Positions 10,165 to 18,583 of a stretch of DNA of 64,000 bases are shown here, piece after piece. The notes under the pieces are model-generated. The model did no database searches and was not told the DNA's origin. It worked only from the letters and a program-made list of their open reading frames with translations. The position numbers and the translations under genes are program-made. Location: positions 122,016 to 186,015 of the forward strand of contig JABHXA010000001.1 of the NCBI GenBank assembly GCA_018657495.1, written 5' to 3'. The DNA is from Fidelibacterota bacterium (GTDB lineage Bacteria > Fidelibacterota > Marinisomatia > SCGC-AAA003-L08 > JACNLC01). Each line of letters opens with the position of its first letter. Position 1 is the stretch's first letter.

Positions 10165-11616
10165 TTACAAAGTGATTTTTTTACCATTTTCAAAATCATA
10201 AAGTGTCATTTTCCTTAAACGATAATATGCCACCCAGTAATCTTTTAGAGTTTGATAATATTGACGATGCGTGTTATCAAGATCATTTTGTGCAAAAAAC
10301 AGACTTGAAATATCAATTTTTCCGATGAGGTATCTTTCCTTTGCTACCTTAAACTGCAAAATGGCAATGGTATCAGATCTTGAGGCAATTACCAATTGCT
10401 GAGTCAATAGCTGAAATTCCTTTACCTGGTACTCAAGCTGTTGTTCAAAGGTAGTTTGGGTTTTGAAAATTGACTGTCGGGTTTTTTCCTGATCTTGCAA
10501 TGTTTTCATGTAGGATAATTTCTTACTCTTTTGTGTGAGAGGAAATTCAAATCCCAAAGAAAATGACTCCGTTTTTAAAGGATCTTTATATAAGTCATCA
10601 AAATTATCTGCAGTTTGATTAAACCCAACACTTGCATATATGTCGGCAGAAAACCAGCGGTTTTTACGCGCCTCATCGACATTTTTTTCTGCGGTGATTT
10701 CCTGAATATCAAATGAAAGATATTGACTACGGTTTTCTCTTGCTTGCCGGATAACAAAATCAGGGTCGATATTCAATTCAGCGAGCTTATCAGGCAGAAT
10801 TATCTGAAACTGTTCGTTTTGATACATACCCAATGCCAGTTTTAAAGCTTCATAATTCCGTTGATAATTCAGGCGGTTTCTTTCCAGTGTATTCTGAGAA
10901 TTCATGAAAGCTAATTCAGATCTCAACAAATCATTCTCAGCGATTTTACCTACAGTATATCGACCTTTTGAGATGGCAAGGATTGTATCATTTACTCCAA
11001 TGTTAAATATTGCATTATCCAGTTGAATCTTCGAAATGTACAATGTGAAAAACAGATTGGTAATATCAGTGGCAATATCCTCCATATCCTCCAGATATTG
11101 CTGCTCAGCAAGTTTTAATTTTTTGTGTTCAATGGTTTTTGTCCATTTCAAATTATTGAACTTGAAGAGAGGCTGTGAATATCCCAGTGTAAATGGTGTT
11201 GCCTGCCAGGACACGATATGTTCATTGGAAAAATCGTCTTGCCGCGTTATACTGCTTGAAGTAAAAATACTGCCACCAGTATAAGGTATGCTTTGGGAAA
11301 CTGATATGCCTACATTGGAATTACTCTGGTTTTGGGGAATAAAAATAGTTTTCAGTGTATCATCAACACTGATATCAAACTCGCGAATGGATCGGGTCAG
11401 ATTGGGAACCTGTCCACCAAATGAAATTTTTGGTCCCAGGTCTGTTCTGAATGACTCATATCCAAGGCGGCTGGACTCGAACTCAGATTTAGCTATTTTG
11501 GCAGATGGACTATTGGCCTTCCCTATTGCAATACAATCTGACAGTGTTAATATTTTCTCCTGTGAATAGAGATAACCTGTTATAAAAATGAGTATTAATT
11601 TTATGAAGTATTTCAT
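10165..11616 (-). CDS. TolC-family outer-membrane efflux channel
   Basis: The ORF track gives 10165..11709. I prefer the start at ATG 11616 (MKYFIKLILIFITGYLYSQE, a signal peptide), which removes the overlap with the upstream permease. The two-repeat coiled-coil/beta pattern is typical of outer-membrane efflux proteins. Last gene of the MacA-MacB-TolC run. Confidence 0.8.
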   Translation of the reverse strand: MKYFIKLILIFITGYLYSQEKILTLSDCIAIGKANSPSAKIAKSEFESSRLGYESFRTDLGPKISFGGQVPNLTRSIREFDISVDDTLKTIFIPQNQSNSNVGISVSQSIPYTGGSIFTSSSITRQDDFSNEHIVSWQATPFTLGYSQPLFKFNNLKWTKTIEHKKLKLAEQQYLEDMEDIATDITNLFFTLYISKIQLDNAIFNIGVNDTILAISKGRYTVGKIAENDLLRSELAFMNSQNTLERNRLNYQRNYEALKLALGMYQNEQFQIILPDKLAELNIDPDFVIRQARENRSQYLSFDIQEITAEKNVDEARKNRWFSADIYASVGFNQTADNFDDLYKDPLKTESFSLGFEFPLTQKSKKLSYMKTLQDQEKTRQSIFKTQTTFEQQLEYQVKEFQLLTQQLVIASRSDTIAILQFKVAKERYLIGKIDISSLFFAQNDLDNTHRQYYQTLKDYWVAYYRLRKMTLYDFENGKKITL

Positions 11617-11644
11617 TTTAACTCTGATAATATTATTGTTCGTA

Positions 11645-13006
11645 TTAATCATGACGTAGCAGAACAACCGGGTCCTGTTTTGCTGCTTTTTTAGCTGGAT
11701 AGATTCCAAATATCAATCCAACTGACACGGATACCAAAAATGAAAGCAATACAGAATTCAGTGAAATTACGCCGGTAATACCTGTTGATTTTTCAATCCC
11801 CAACGTGAAAACATAACCAAGAAATATTCCAATGACTCCACCGGTAAGGGTGATAGTGATTGCTTCGCTCATAAACTGAAGCGTTACATCTTTTCGTGTA
11901 GCACCAATGGATTGGCGTATGCCAATTTCCTTAAACCTATCCATAACAGAGGCCAACATAATATTCATCACACCAATACCACCGACGATAAGAGAAATTG
12001 ACGCAATGGCACCCAAAACAATATTAAAAATCCTTTTTGTCCGCTGTTCCTGCTGTATTAGCTGTTCGGGAATGGAAATTTCATAATCAATAACATTATA
12101 ATGCCGACGCTCCAGCATTCTTTTAATAATTTCAGAAATATGACTCATGTAACGATTGTCATTTACTTTCACGACAATTCTATCAATTTGATGATAATTA
12201 AAATCTTTCTCAACTGTCTCTTCTTCTGCACCTTCGTCAAACATATCCATCCTATTCAATTCCTGAATATCCTGTAATGTAACCATGCCTCGATTCTTAT
12301 AACGGATTAATACCGTTTTAACCGGTGTGTAAACATCCATATTGTAATCGCGGATACCCAGACTTTTTATATTTTCTGATGTAATGTCCTGTTGTTCTAA
12401 AACGCCGATTATTGTCAACCATAACTTGCCACATTTTATTTTTTTGCCAAGAGGACTTTCACCAGCAAAAAATCGGGTACGAATGCCATTGCCTATGACA
12501 CAAACCGGTGCGGAATTATCTAAATGATTATCGGAAAATATCTTTCCCATGCTGATGGGATTGGATTTAGTCTTCCAGAAATTATTATCAATACCGATCA
12601 ATTTACCTGATCGCTTTTTCCCTGAGTATATAATGGTTGTTTCAAGAATGATTTCCGGGCTGGTGAATTCAACATAAGGAATGGTTTTACCTATACTTTC
12701 CGCATCTGAAAGGGTCAAGCCTGGAGAATAATGCTGCTTATTGGAATCTGAAACAATATCTTCACTCACTTTCCCTTCTTCCTGTTCCACATTTGGGGCG
12801 ATGATGATATTATTAGCACCAAGTAATTTCATCTGTTCAAGTAAAGTTGTTTCTGCCCCTTTGCCAATTGCCAGCATTGTTATTACAGATGCCACACCGA
12901 AAATGATACCCATGGAGGTAAGAAATGCCCTTATCTTATTTTCTAAAATGGCATTTACAGCTATCTGAATATTTAGTAAGAGTCTTCTGTAATCGCTTCT
13001 ATCCAT
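11645..13006 (-). CDS. ABC-transporter permease, MacB/FtsX type (no ATPase domain)
   Basis: 453 aa. It has an N-terminal TM helix, a large periplasmic MacB_PCD-like domain and the C-terminal FtsX 3-TM module (GGIGVMNIMLASVMDRFKEIGIRQSIGATRKDV). No Walker motifs. Confidence 0.85.
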   Translation of the reverse strand: MDRSDYRRLLLNIQIAVNAILENKIRAFLTSMGIIFGVASVITMLAIGKGAETTLLEQMKLLGANNIIIAPNVEQEEGKVSEDIVSDSNKQHYSPGLTLSDAESIGKTIPYVEFTSPEIILETTIIYSGKKRSGKLIGIDNNFWKTKSNPISMGKIFSDNHLDNSAPVCVIGNGIRTRFFAGESPLGKKIKCGKLWLTIIGVLEQQDITSENIKSLGIRDYNMDVYTPVKTVLIRYKNRGMVTLQDIQELNRMDMFDEGAEEETVEKDFNYHQIDRIVVKVNDNRYMSHISEIIKRMLERRHYNVIDYEISIPEQLIQQEQRTKRIFNIVLGAIASISLIVGGIGVMNIMLASVMDRFKEIGIRQSIGATRKDVTLQFMSEAITITLTGGVIGIFLGYVFTLGIEKSTGITGVISLNSVLLSFLVSVSVGLIFGIYPAKKAAKQDPVVLLRHD

Positions 13007-13060
13007 GTGTTCCTTTGGGCATTATACTCGTGACAAATGACTTGACGGGGATATCCTTAA

Positions 13061-14305
13061 TCAATCGTTAATGAGTGGAATCAAATCTAATTCGGCGGCA
13101 TCATCTGGAAGTGATAGATAAATTTTGTCCTCCATTACGAGCCCTTTTTTAACTACAGCATAGTTGTCATTAACAAGGCCGGGAATAATCTCCTGCCGGA
13201 CAATATCCATTCCATTTTTTTTATAAACAATGCTTAAACTATCTGAAGTATATATGGATTCCAGAGGGATATATAATACTGAATCTAATTTAGCAATTGT
13301 GATCATATTCGCAGTAGTTAGTGACGGCAGCAGAGTCGAGTCGGATTCACTTATTTCAATATTTACTTCAAATACTTTTGAATCAGAATTGGGTCTCTGC
13401 TCTCCCATATTTGCTACAGATGTAACTCTTCCTGAGAGTAGTTTTGTTGGATCGGCGTCTAGTGTAACAGTCACCAGCTGATCCACTTTAATTTTCTGAA
13501 TATCCACTTCATTGACAAATGTTACCGACTCCATAACAGATAAATCTGGAAGTGTTGCGACCACCGGGTCCCAACCGCTTATACTGGATCCTACGACCTT
13601 TTTTTTGCCATTCCATTCTTTCGCATAGATGACGATACCGTTTTCTGGGGCATAAATTTTAAATTCATCCATGACATTTACTTTTATTTCATGCTGAGAC
13701 TTTTCTTTATCAAGATCGGCAATCACAATTTTTATTTTCTCGATTGCCTGTTTGACTTTTATCTCATAATTCACCTTTGCCTGTACCAGGCTACGCTCTG
13801 CCTTTTCCAGATTTATTTCAGCCTGTCTCTGAATAGCCGGTGCTTCAAAACTGGATTGTTCTTTCGCTAATTGCTGTTGCTCTAAGCTGTATCCCAGGTT
13901 GACTATTTCGTTTCGTGCCGCTGACAAAGTCAAGGTAGAATCTAATTGTGCTTGAATGAGTTGTGATTCGAGTTTTTGAAGATTCAATTCGGACTCTTCG
14001 ATTTTGTTGGAAAGTTCTGATTTATCCAGTTCTGCCACATAATCACCAGCTTTAACAATTGTACCTTCGGCAACCAGATCTGATATTTTCATATTCCAGA
14101 TACGTGCCATTCGGGCTTTGGAAGGACCCCTGATATCTGTTGAATTTTTTGCCTGTAATTCACCCGTGGACGTGACAATCACCTCAAATTGACCAAATTC
14201 CGGTTGGATAATTATGTGATTATCTGTATCTGGTGATCGACGAATTATAGTGATAATTACAATGAGAATAATTGCAGCGATAATATATCTGATTGCTTTC
14301 TTCAT
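13061..14305 (-). CDS. efflux periplasmic adaptor subunit (HlyD/MacA family)
   Basis: 414 aa. It has an N-terminal anchor, a lipoyl-like segment (GDYVAELD), a long coiled-coil hairpin and C-terminal beta-barrel segments. First gene of the efflux operon. Confidence 0.85.
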   Translation of the reverse strand: MKKAIRYIIAAIILIVIITIIRRSPDTDNHIIIQPEFGQFEVIVTSTGELQAKNSTDIRGPSKARMARIWNMKISDLVAEGTIVKAGDYVAELDKSELSNKIEESELNLQKLESQLIQAQLDSTLTLSAARNEIVNLGYSLEQQQLAKEQSSFEAPAIQRQAEINLEKAERSLVQAKVNYEIKVKQAIEKIKIVIADLDKEKSQHEIKVNVMDEFKIYAPENGIVIYAKEWNGKKKVVGSSISGWDPVVATLPDLSVMESVTFVNEVDIQKIKVDQLVTVTLDADPTKLLSGRVTSVANMGEQRPNSDSKVFEVNIEISESDSTLLPSLTTANMITIAKLDSVLYIPLESIYTSDSLSIVYKKNGMDIVRQEIIPGLVNDNYAVVKKGLVMEDKIYLSLPDDAAELDLIPLIND

Positions 14306-14500
14306 GACAGCTTTACATATCCTTGTCTAAATTTTGATATTGTCTTTTTCATCCCTGTGATAAGAGATGATATGGGTTTATCTACATTAGTCAAAATAGT
14401 AGATTGACCCAATTTCCCCGCCTGCAAATGTACTACAATCATGTACCTACTGGTCTAATGTGAAGTGCATTTACTTTGAAGATTAAAATTTTAAAAATGC

Positions 14501-14537
14501 TAAAAAAATAGGCTGGAAAATAATATTCCAGCCTATT
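14501..14537 (-). terminator. intrinsic terminator after the octaheme cytochrome gene
   Basis: Perfect 12-bp stem AATAGGCTGGAA / TTCCAGCCTATT (14507..14518 and 14526..14537) with a 7-nt loop. On the minus strand it is followed by a T7 run (plus-strand A-run 14502..14508). It starts 30 nt after the stop at 14567. Confidence 0.85.
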
Positions 14538-14566
14538 GATTCAATTACAATTTTAGTGGGAGTTGA

Positions 14567-15853
14567 TTAATCACCAAATAACCGACTAAAAAATCCTCGG
14601 TTTTCCTCATATTCTTCATATAATTCTGTAGCTATTGCTTTTATTTCTGATAGGTCCATGACCATTTCATTCCAGCCATACCATAATGAATAATCCGGGT
14701 TATTATGAAACGCACCCTGGAATAATCTCATTCGGTGTTTTAGATGCATGACAAATAATTTCTGCTCGATTGGTGTTGGTGCATCATGGAATGTTAGCAA
14801 ATCAGGAAAATTGTATAAATAGGTATCCGGTTTAACCAGGAGACCTTTTTCATATAAATCAGCGATAATTCGAATTGCCTCAGCCAAAAGAGCATCTCCA
14901 GCTTTGATGAGATCATCGCCTTTTTTCAATTCACCACGACTATAATTTTCAGAATGGCATTTCATACAGACTTTTATCATTTTCTCTCTCTCAACATCGA
15001 ATCCTTCTGCGGTTAATCGTGCCACCTGGGCATTTGCCACCACATCTAATCTACCAGTTGGTTTTCCTTCTGGATCCAAAACTCCTAAGGCCTGAAGTAT
15101 AGTTACCCGATTTGCCCACCATTCAGCATCTTCTCCTGGATAGGGAGCCAGTCCGTCCGTTCTTACAGCTAGAAATCCCCACGCTGTTCTTACCTCATGA
15201 TCCCCATCGGGCATATGACAATCCTGACAAGTTGGGGCACTGGTATTTTCCGGTAGGATACCGTTCTGTTTTAATAAGTATCTTACACCATGTTTTGATG
15301 ATGAATACATTTCCCACTGCGGATGATCAAAACCCATATGACAGGTCTGGCAAGCCTGGGGTTGACGCGCTTCTTTTAGTGAAAATGTGTGTCTGGTGTG
15401 ACAGGCGTCACAGCTGGCATTACCATAAGTATTACCATTTTTTCTCAGGTTTTCAATCTGAGATTTTGATTTCATTCCAATTTTGTGACAGCCCCCACAA
15501 CCCTTCTGGCCCTCTATCAATTCCATGGGTTTCCAATGGGTTGTCGGCATCGCTTCCATGGCTGCCCAGGCTAATGCATGTTTACCTTTTGAAAACTGCT
15601 CAACCTTTTCTTCATGACATTCAGCGCATGTTTCAGGTGTTGGAAATTCTACTTTTTCCACATCATTATTGTTTTGGTGTTCTTCCCCATGACAGACATC
15701 ACAGCCAATGTCATTCTCGCTATGGGCACTGATTTCCCAATCAGTGACTATACCCGGTTGGATTTCCTTATGGCAATCTGTACAGGTGTCTGCATATAGT
15801 AAGGTGATGGATGCCAGCATAGCTGTTATAAGAATATTCCGTAAATATCTCAT
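14567..15853 (-). CDS. octaheme c-type cytochrome, hydroxylamine oxidoreductase (HAO) family
   Basis: 428 aa with a signal peptide and eight CXXCH motifs (CTDCH, CDVCH, CAECH, CGGCH, CDACH, CQTCH, CQDCH, CMKCH). The core CDACHTRHTFS..RQPQACQTCHMGFDHPQWEMYSSSKHG matches, from memory, the conserved HAO core [37 protein letters not shown]. Confidence 0.8.
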   Translation of the reverse strand: MRYLRNILITAMLASITLLYADTCTDCHKEIQPGIVTDWEISAHSENDIGCDVCHGEEHQNNNDVEKVEFPTPETCAECHEEKVEQFSKGKHALAWAAMEAMPTTHWKPMELIEGQKGCGGCHKIGMKSKSQIENLRKNGNTYGNASCDACHTRHTFSLKEARQPQACQTCHMGFDHPQWEMYSSSKHGVRYLLKQNGILPENTSAPTCQDCHMPDGDHEVRTAWGFLAVRTDGLAPYPGEDAEWWANRVTILQALGVLDPEGKPTGRLDVVANAQVARLTAEGFDVEREKMIKVCMKCHSENYSRGELKKGDDLIKAGDALLAEAIRIIADLYEKGLLVKPDTYLYNFPDLLTFHDAPTPIEQKLFVMHLKHRMRLFQGAFHNNPDYSLWYGWNEMVMDLSEIKAIATELYEEYEENRGFFSRLFGD

Positions 15854-15946
15854 GATCTATTCCTTTTGTTGTTTTGTAATAATAATATTTTTAACACGAT
15901 ATTAGGATATGTAACCTATTGATATATTTATATTATGCACAACATC

Positions 15947-15964
15947 TATGACTCATGAGTCATA
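15947..15964. promoter_or_regulatory. 18-bp perfect palindrome, candidate operator in a divergent promoter region
   Basis: TATGACTCATGAGTCATA is a perfect inverted repeat. It lies 94 nt upstream of the HAO-like start (15853, minus) and 106 nt upstream of the OsmC-like start (16070, plus). Confidence 0.4.
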
Positions 15965-16069
15965 TAACTGTTTTATTTAAGAAATTACGATCACTTTCAC
16001 CTAATTATAAACAGTTTGTAACGTGTTCAAAATAAGTGCATCCAACGAAAAAAGTTTAGGAGAAACAAA

Positions 16070-16459
16070 ATGAAAATATATTTTCCAGGTGGAAAAAAAG
16101 TATATGCCGATTTTAATGGATTCACACACAAAACAGATCAGCCAGTTATAAGCGGTGGAGATGAATCATCACCAGCACCATTTGATATGTTTCTTGCATC
16201 ACTGGGTACCTGTGCCGGGATTTATGTTCTGGGATTTTGTCAACAGAGAAATATCGATACTGAAGGAATTGAAATAGCCCAGTCACATAAATTCAATCCA
16301 GCGACGAAATTGATTGAAGAAGTGAATATTGAAATTAAGTTACCTGCAGTCTTTCCCAGGAAATATTCCGATGCACTCACCCGTGTTGCACAAATGTGTG
16401 CCGTAAAAAAACATCTTGAGAATCCTCCTGGTTTTCAAGTCACAACGAAGTTTAATTGA
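16070..16459 (+). CDS. OsmC/Ohr-family protein (peroxiredoxin-like)
   Basis: 129 aa. It has the OsmC-like core SSPAPFDMFLASLGTCAGIYVLGFC with two Cys residues, plus C-terminal MCAVKKHL. Confidence 0.7.
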   Translation: MKIYFPGGKKVYADFNGFTHKTDQPVISGGDESSPAPFDMFLASLGTCAGIYVLGFCQQRNIDTEGIEIAQSHKFNPATKLIEEVNIEIKLPAVFPRKYSDALTRVAQMCAVKKHLENPPGFQVTTKFN

Positions 16460-16543
16460 TAAAATAAATATTATAGTATATAAATAGCGTTCACAACATC
16501 ATTTTTTGAATAATTTAATGCTATAGAAAGGACTCAATTAATA

Positions 16544-17965
16544 ATGAAACAACTTCGGATACCTTCATCACTCCGTCGATTTACATCTGGATCAGCTGTG
16601 CTCACTGTGAAAGGCTACACCATAAAAGAAATTCTGAAAGAGCTGTTCACTCAATTTCCTGAAATACAATTTCAGTTAACTACAGAAGCAGGGAGTTTGC
16701 TAAGCATATTCAACCTGTATTTAGATGGTATAAACATCAAACAGCTGGACGGAATGGAAACAAAACCGGGAGATAATTCAGAAATCATAATAATTCCAAC
16801 TTTTGCATCAGGTACCGAAGACGAGCTCCCACCATTGGTCTCAGATGAGGTTGTCAGATACAGTAGACATTTGCACCTTCCCGAAATTGGAGCACATGGT
16901 CAGAGTAAATTAAAAAATTCCAGCGTACTAATTGTCGGCACCGGCGGACTCGGCAGTCCAGTATCATTATATCTCGCTGCTGCTGGTGTGGGGACCATCG
17001 GTCTGGTTGATTTTGACATTGTGGATGCATCCAATCTTCAGCGACAGATAATATTTAATGTGGATGATACTGGGGAATCAAAGGTTGAGGCAGCGTCAGA
17101 AAAATTAAAAAAATTGAATCCATTTATCAATATTCAGAAGCACAATGTCCAGCTAAACTCTGAAAATGCTATAGAGATTATTCAAAACTATGATCTTGTG
17201 GTTGACGGCTCAGACAATTTCCCAACCCGCTATCTTGTAAATGATGCCTGTGTAATATTGAATAAACCAAATGTATATGGGAGCATTTACCGTTTTGATG
17301 GTCAGGTATCCGTGTTTAATTTTAAAGATGGACCCTGTTATCGCTGTCTATATCCTGAGCCACCTCCACTGCATTTGGTGCCTTCTTGTGCCGAGGGAGG
17401 GGTACTGGGTGTGCTCCCGGGGATTATCGGTACTTTACAGGCCAACGAGGTCATAAAAATTCTTTTAAATATTGGTGATACATTGTCTTCACGCCTATTA
17501 TTATTTGATGCTCTGGCAATGGAATTCTCTGAAATGAAATTGAAGAAAAACGAAAATTGCCCTGTATGCGGTAAACACCCCACAGTCAAAAAACTGATTA
17601 ATTATGTGGAATTCTGCGGGGTTCCTGACTTGCCCTCAAGGGAATCGCATCAGGATATTTCGGTTGAAGAATTACATAATAAATTAAATAATGGTGATAA
17701 TATTACTATTGTAGATGTTCGCGAGACCTTTGAATTGCAGATATCCAGACTTGAAAATGCTGTACATATCCCGGTAAATGAGATTCCTTCACGTCTGAAT
17801 GAATTAGAATCTGCCGATGAACTTGTTATTCTCTGTCGAACCGGGATCAGATCGGCGCAAATCTGTCAATTTTTAGTTAATCAGAATTTCAAAAATGTAA
17901 AAAATGTTATTGGCGGAATCAATGACTGGGGACGAAAAATAGATCCCTCACAGAAATTATATTGA
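16544..17965 (+). CDS. fusion protein: CysO/MoaD-like ubiquitin-fold domain + ThiF/MoeB (MoeZ-type) adenylyltransferase + rhodanese domain
   Basis: 473 aa in three parts:
- Residues 1-~90 (MKQLRIPSSLRRFTSGSAVLTVKGYTIKE...NLYLDGINIKQLDGMETKPGDNSEIIIIPTFASG) follow the CysO/MoaD beta-grasp pattern.
- The E1 core has RYSRHLHLPEIG, the GTGGLGS nucleotide loop and the zinc pairs CYRC/CPVC.
- The C-terminal rhodanese domain has the active-site loop CRTGIRS. Confidence 0.8.
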   Translation: MKQLRIPSSLRRFTSGSAVLTVKGYTIKEILKELFTQFPEIQFQLTTEAGSLLSIFNLYLDGINIKQLDGMETKPGDNSEIIIIPTFASGTEDELPPLVSDEVVRYSRHLHLPEIGAHGQSKLKNSSVLIVGTGGLGSPVSLYLAAAGVGTIGLVDFDIVDASNLQRQIIFNVDDTGESKVEAASEKLKKLNPFINIQKHNVQLNSENAIEIIQNYDLVVDGSDNFPTRYLVNDACVILNKPNVYGSIYRFDGQVSVFNFKDGPCYRCLYPEPPPLHLVPSCAEGGVLGVLPGIIGTLQANEVIKILLNIGDTLSSRLLLFDALAMEFSEMKLKKNENCPVCGKHPTVKKLINYVEFCGVPDLPSRESHQDISVEELHNKLNNGDNITIVDVRETFELQISRLENAVHIPVNEIPSRLNELESADELVILCRTGIRSAQICQFLVNQNFKNVKNVIGGINDWGRKIDPSQKLY

Positions 17966-18039
17966 TTGAGTAAAAATTTGATTTGAATGGTTAGTATGGC
18001 TTGTCATCCCAGTTCGTAATTTCAAATTCTAATAGACAA

Positions 18040-18501
18040 TTATAATTCTTGCTCAACCCCTAAATTTGCCAAATCATCGGCTCTTTCATTCCCGGGATCA
18101 CCAGCATGACCCTTTACCCATTTCCACGACATTTGGTGTCGGAGAGTTTCCTTTTCAAGTTGCATCCATAGCTGTTGATTTTTTACCTGCTTTTTATTAC
18201 TCGTTTTCCAACCATTCATTTTCCAACTATGAATCCACTTCGTGATGCCATTCTTTACATAGGATGAATCGGTAACGAGAGTAACATGGCAAGATGTTTT
18301 GAGTGCTGCAAGCGCTTTAATTACCGCCGTCAATTCCATAATATTATTTGTCGTTTGTGATTCTCCGCCATACATCTCTTTTTCGTGATCACCATAAAAC
18401 AATATTGCTCCCCAACCACCAGGTCCGGGATTTCCCTTGCAGGCGCCATCCGTATATATTTTCACTTCTTTCATCATTTTCTGCATCTGTAAATCTATCA
18501 T
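18040..18501 (-). CDS. rnhA: ribonuclease HI
   Basis: 153 aa with [40 protein letters not shown] and [14 protein letters not shown], giving the complete DEDD catalytic set. Confidence 0.92.
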   Translation of the reverse strand: MIDLQMQKMMKEVKIYTDGACKGNPGPGGWGAILFYGDHEKEMYGGESQTTNNIMELTAVIKALAALKTSCHVTLVTDSSYVKNGITKWIHSWKMNGWKTSNKKQVKNQQLWMQLEKETLRHQMSWKWVKGHAGDPGNERADDLANLGVEQEL

Positions 18502-18583
18502 TGATTTTTAAAACTAAAATAGGGAATATTTCCTGCATTTTCAACATGCTTGGATGTAAGATGCTAAATGTAAATTATTCCAT

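Noticed and set aside
11617-11709. 5' extension of the TolC ORF overlapping the permease gene by 65 nt
   Set aside because: The extension (MESIQLKKQQNRTRLFCYVMINTNNNIIRVK) precedes a perfect signal peptide that starts at Met-32. It is most likely just open frame upstream of the true start at 11616.
15112-15732. 206-aa plus-strand ORF, plus the smaller ones at 15614..15799 and 15708..15905
   Set aside because: It lies entirely antisense to the HAO-family cytochrome gene, whose eight CXXCH motifs prove the minus-strand frame. The plus-strand translation is low-complexity His/Pro/Leu with no motif.
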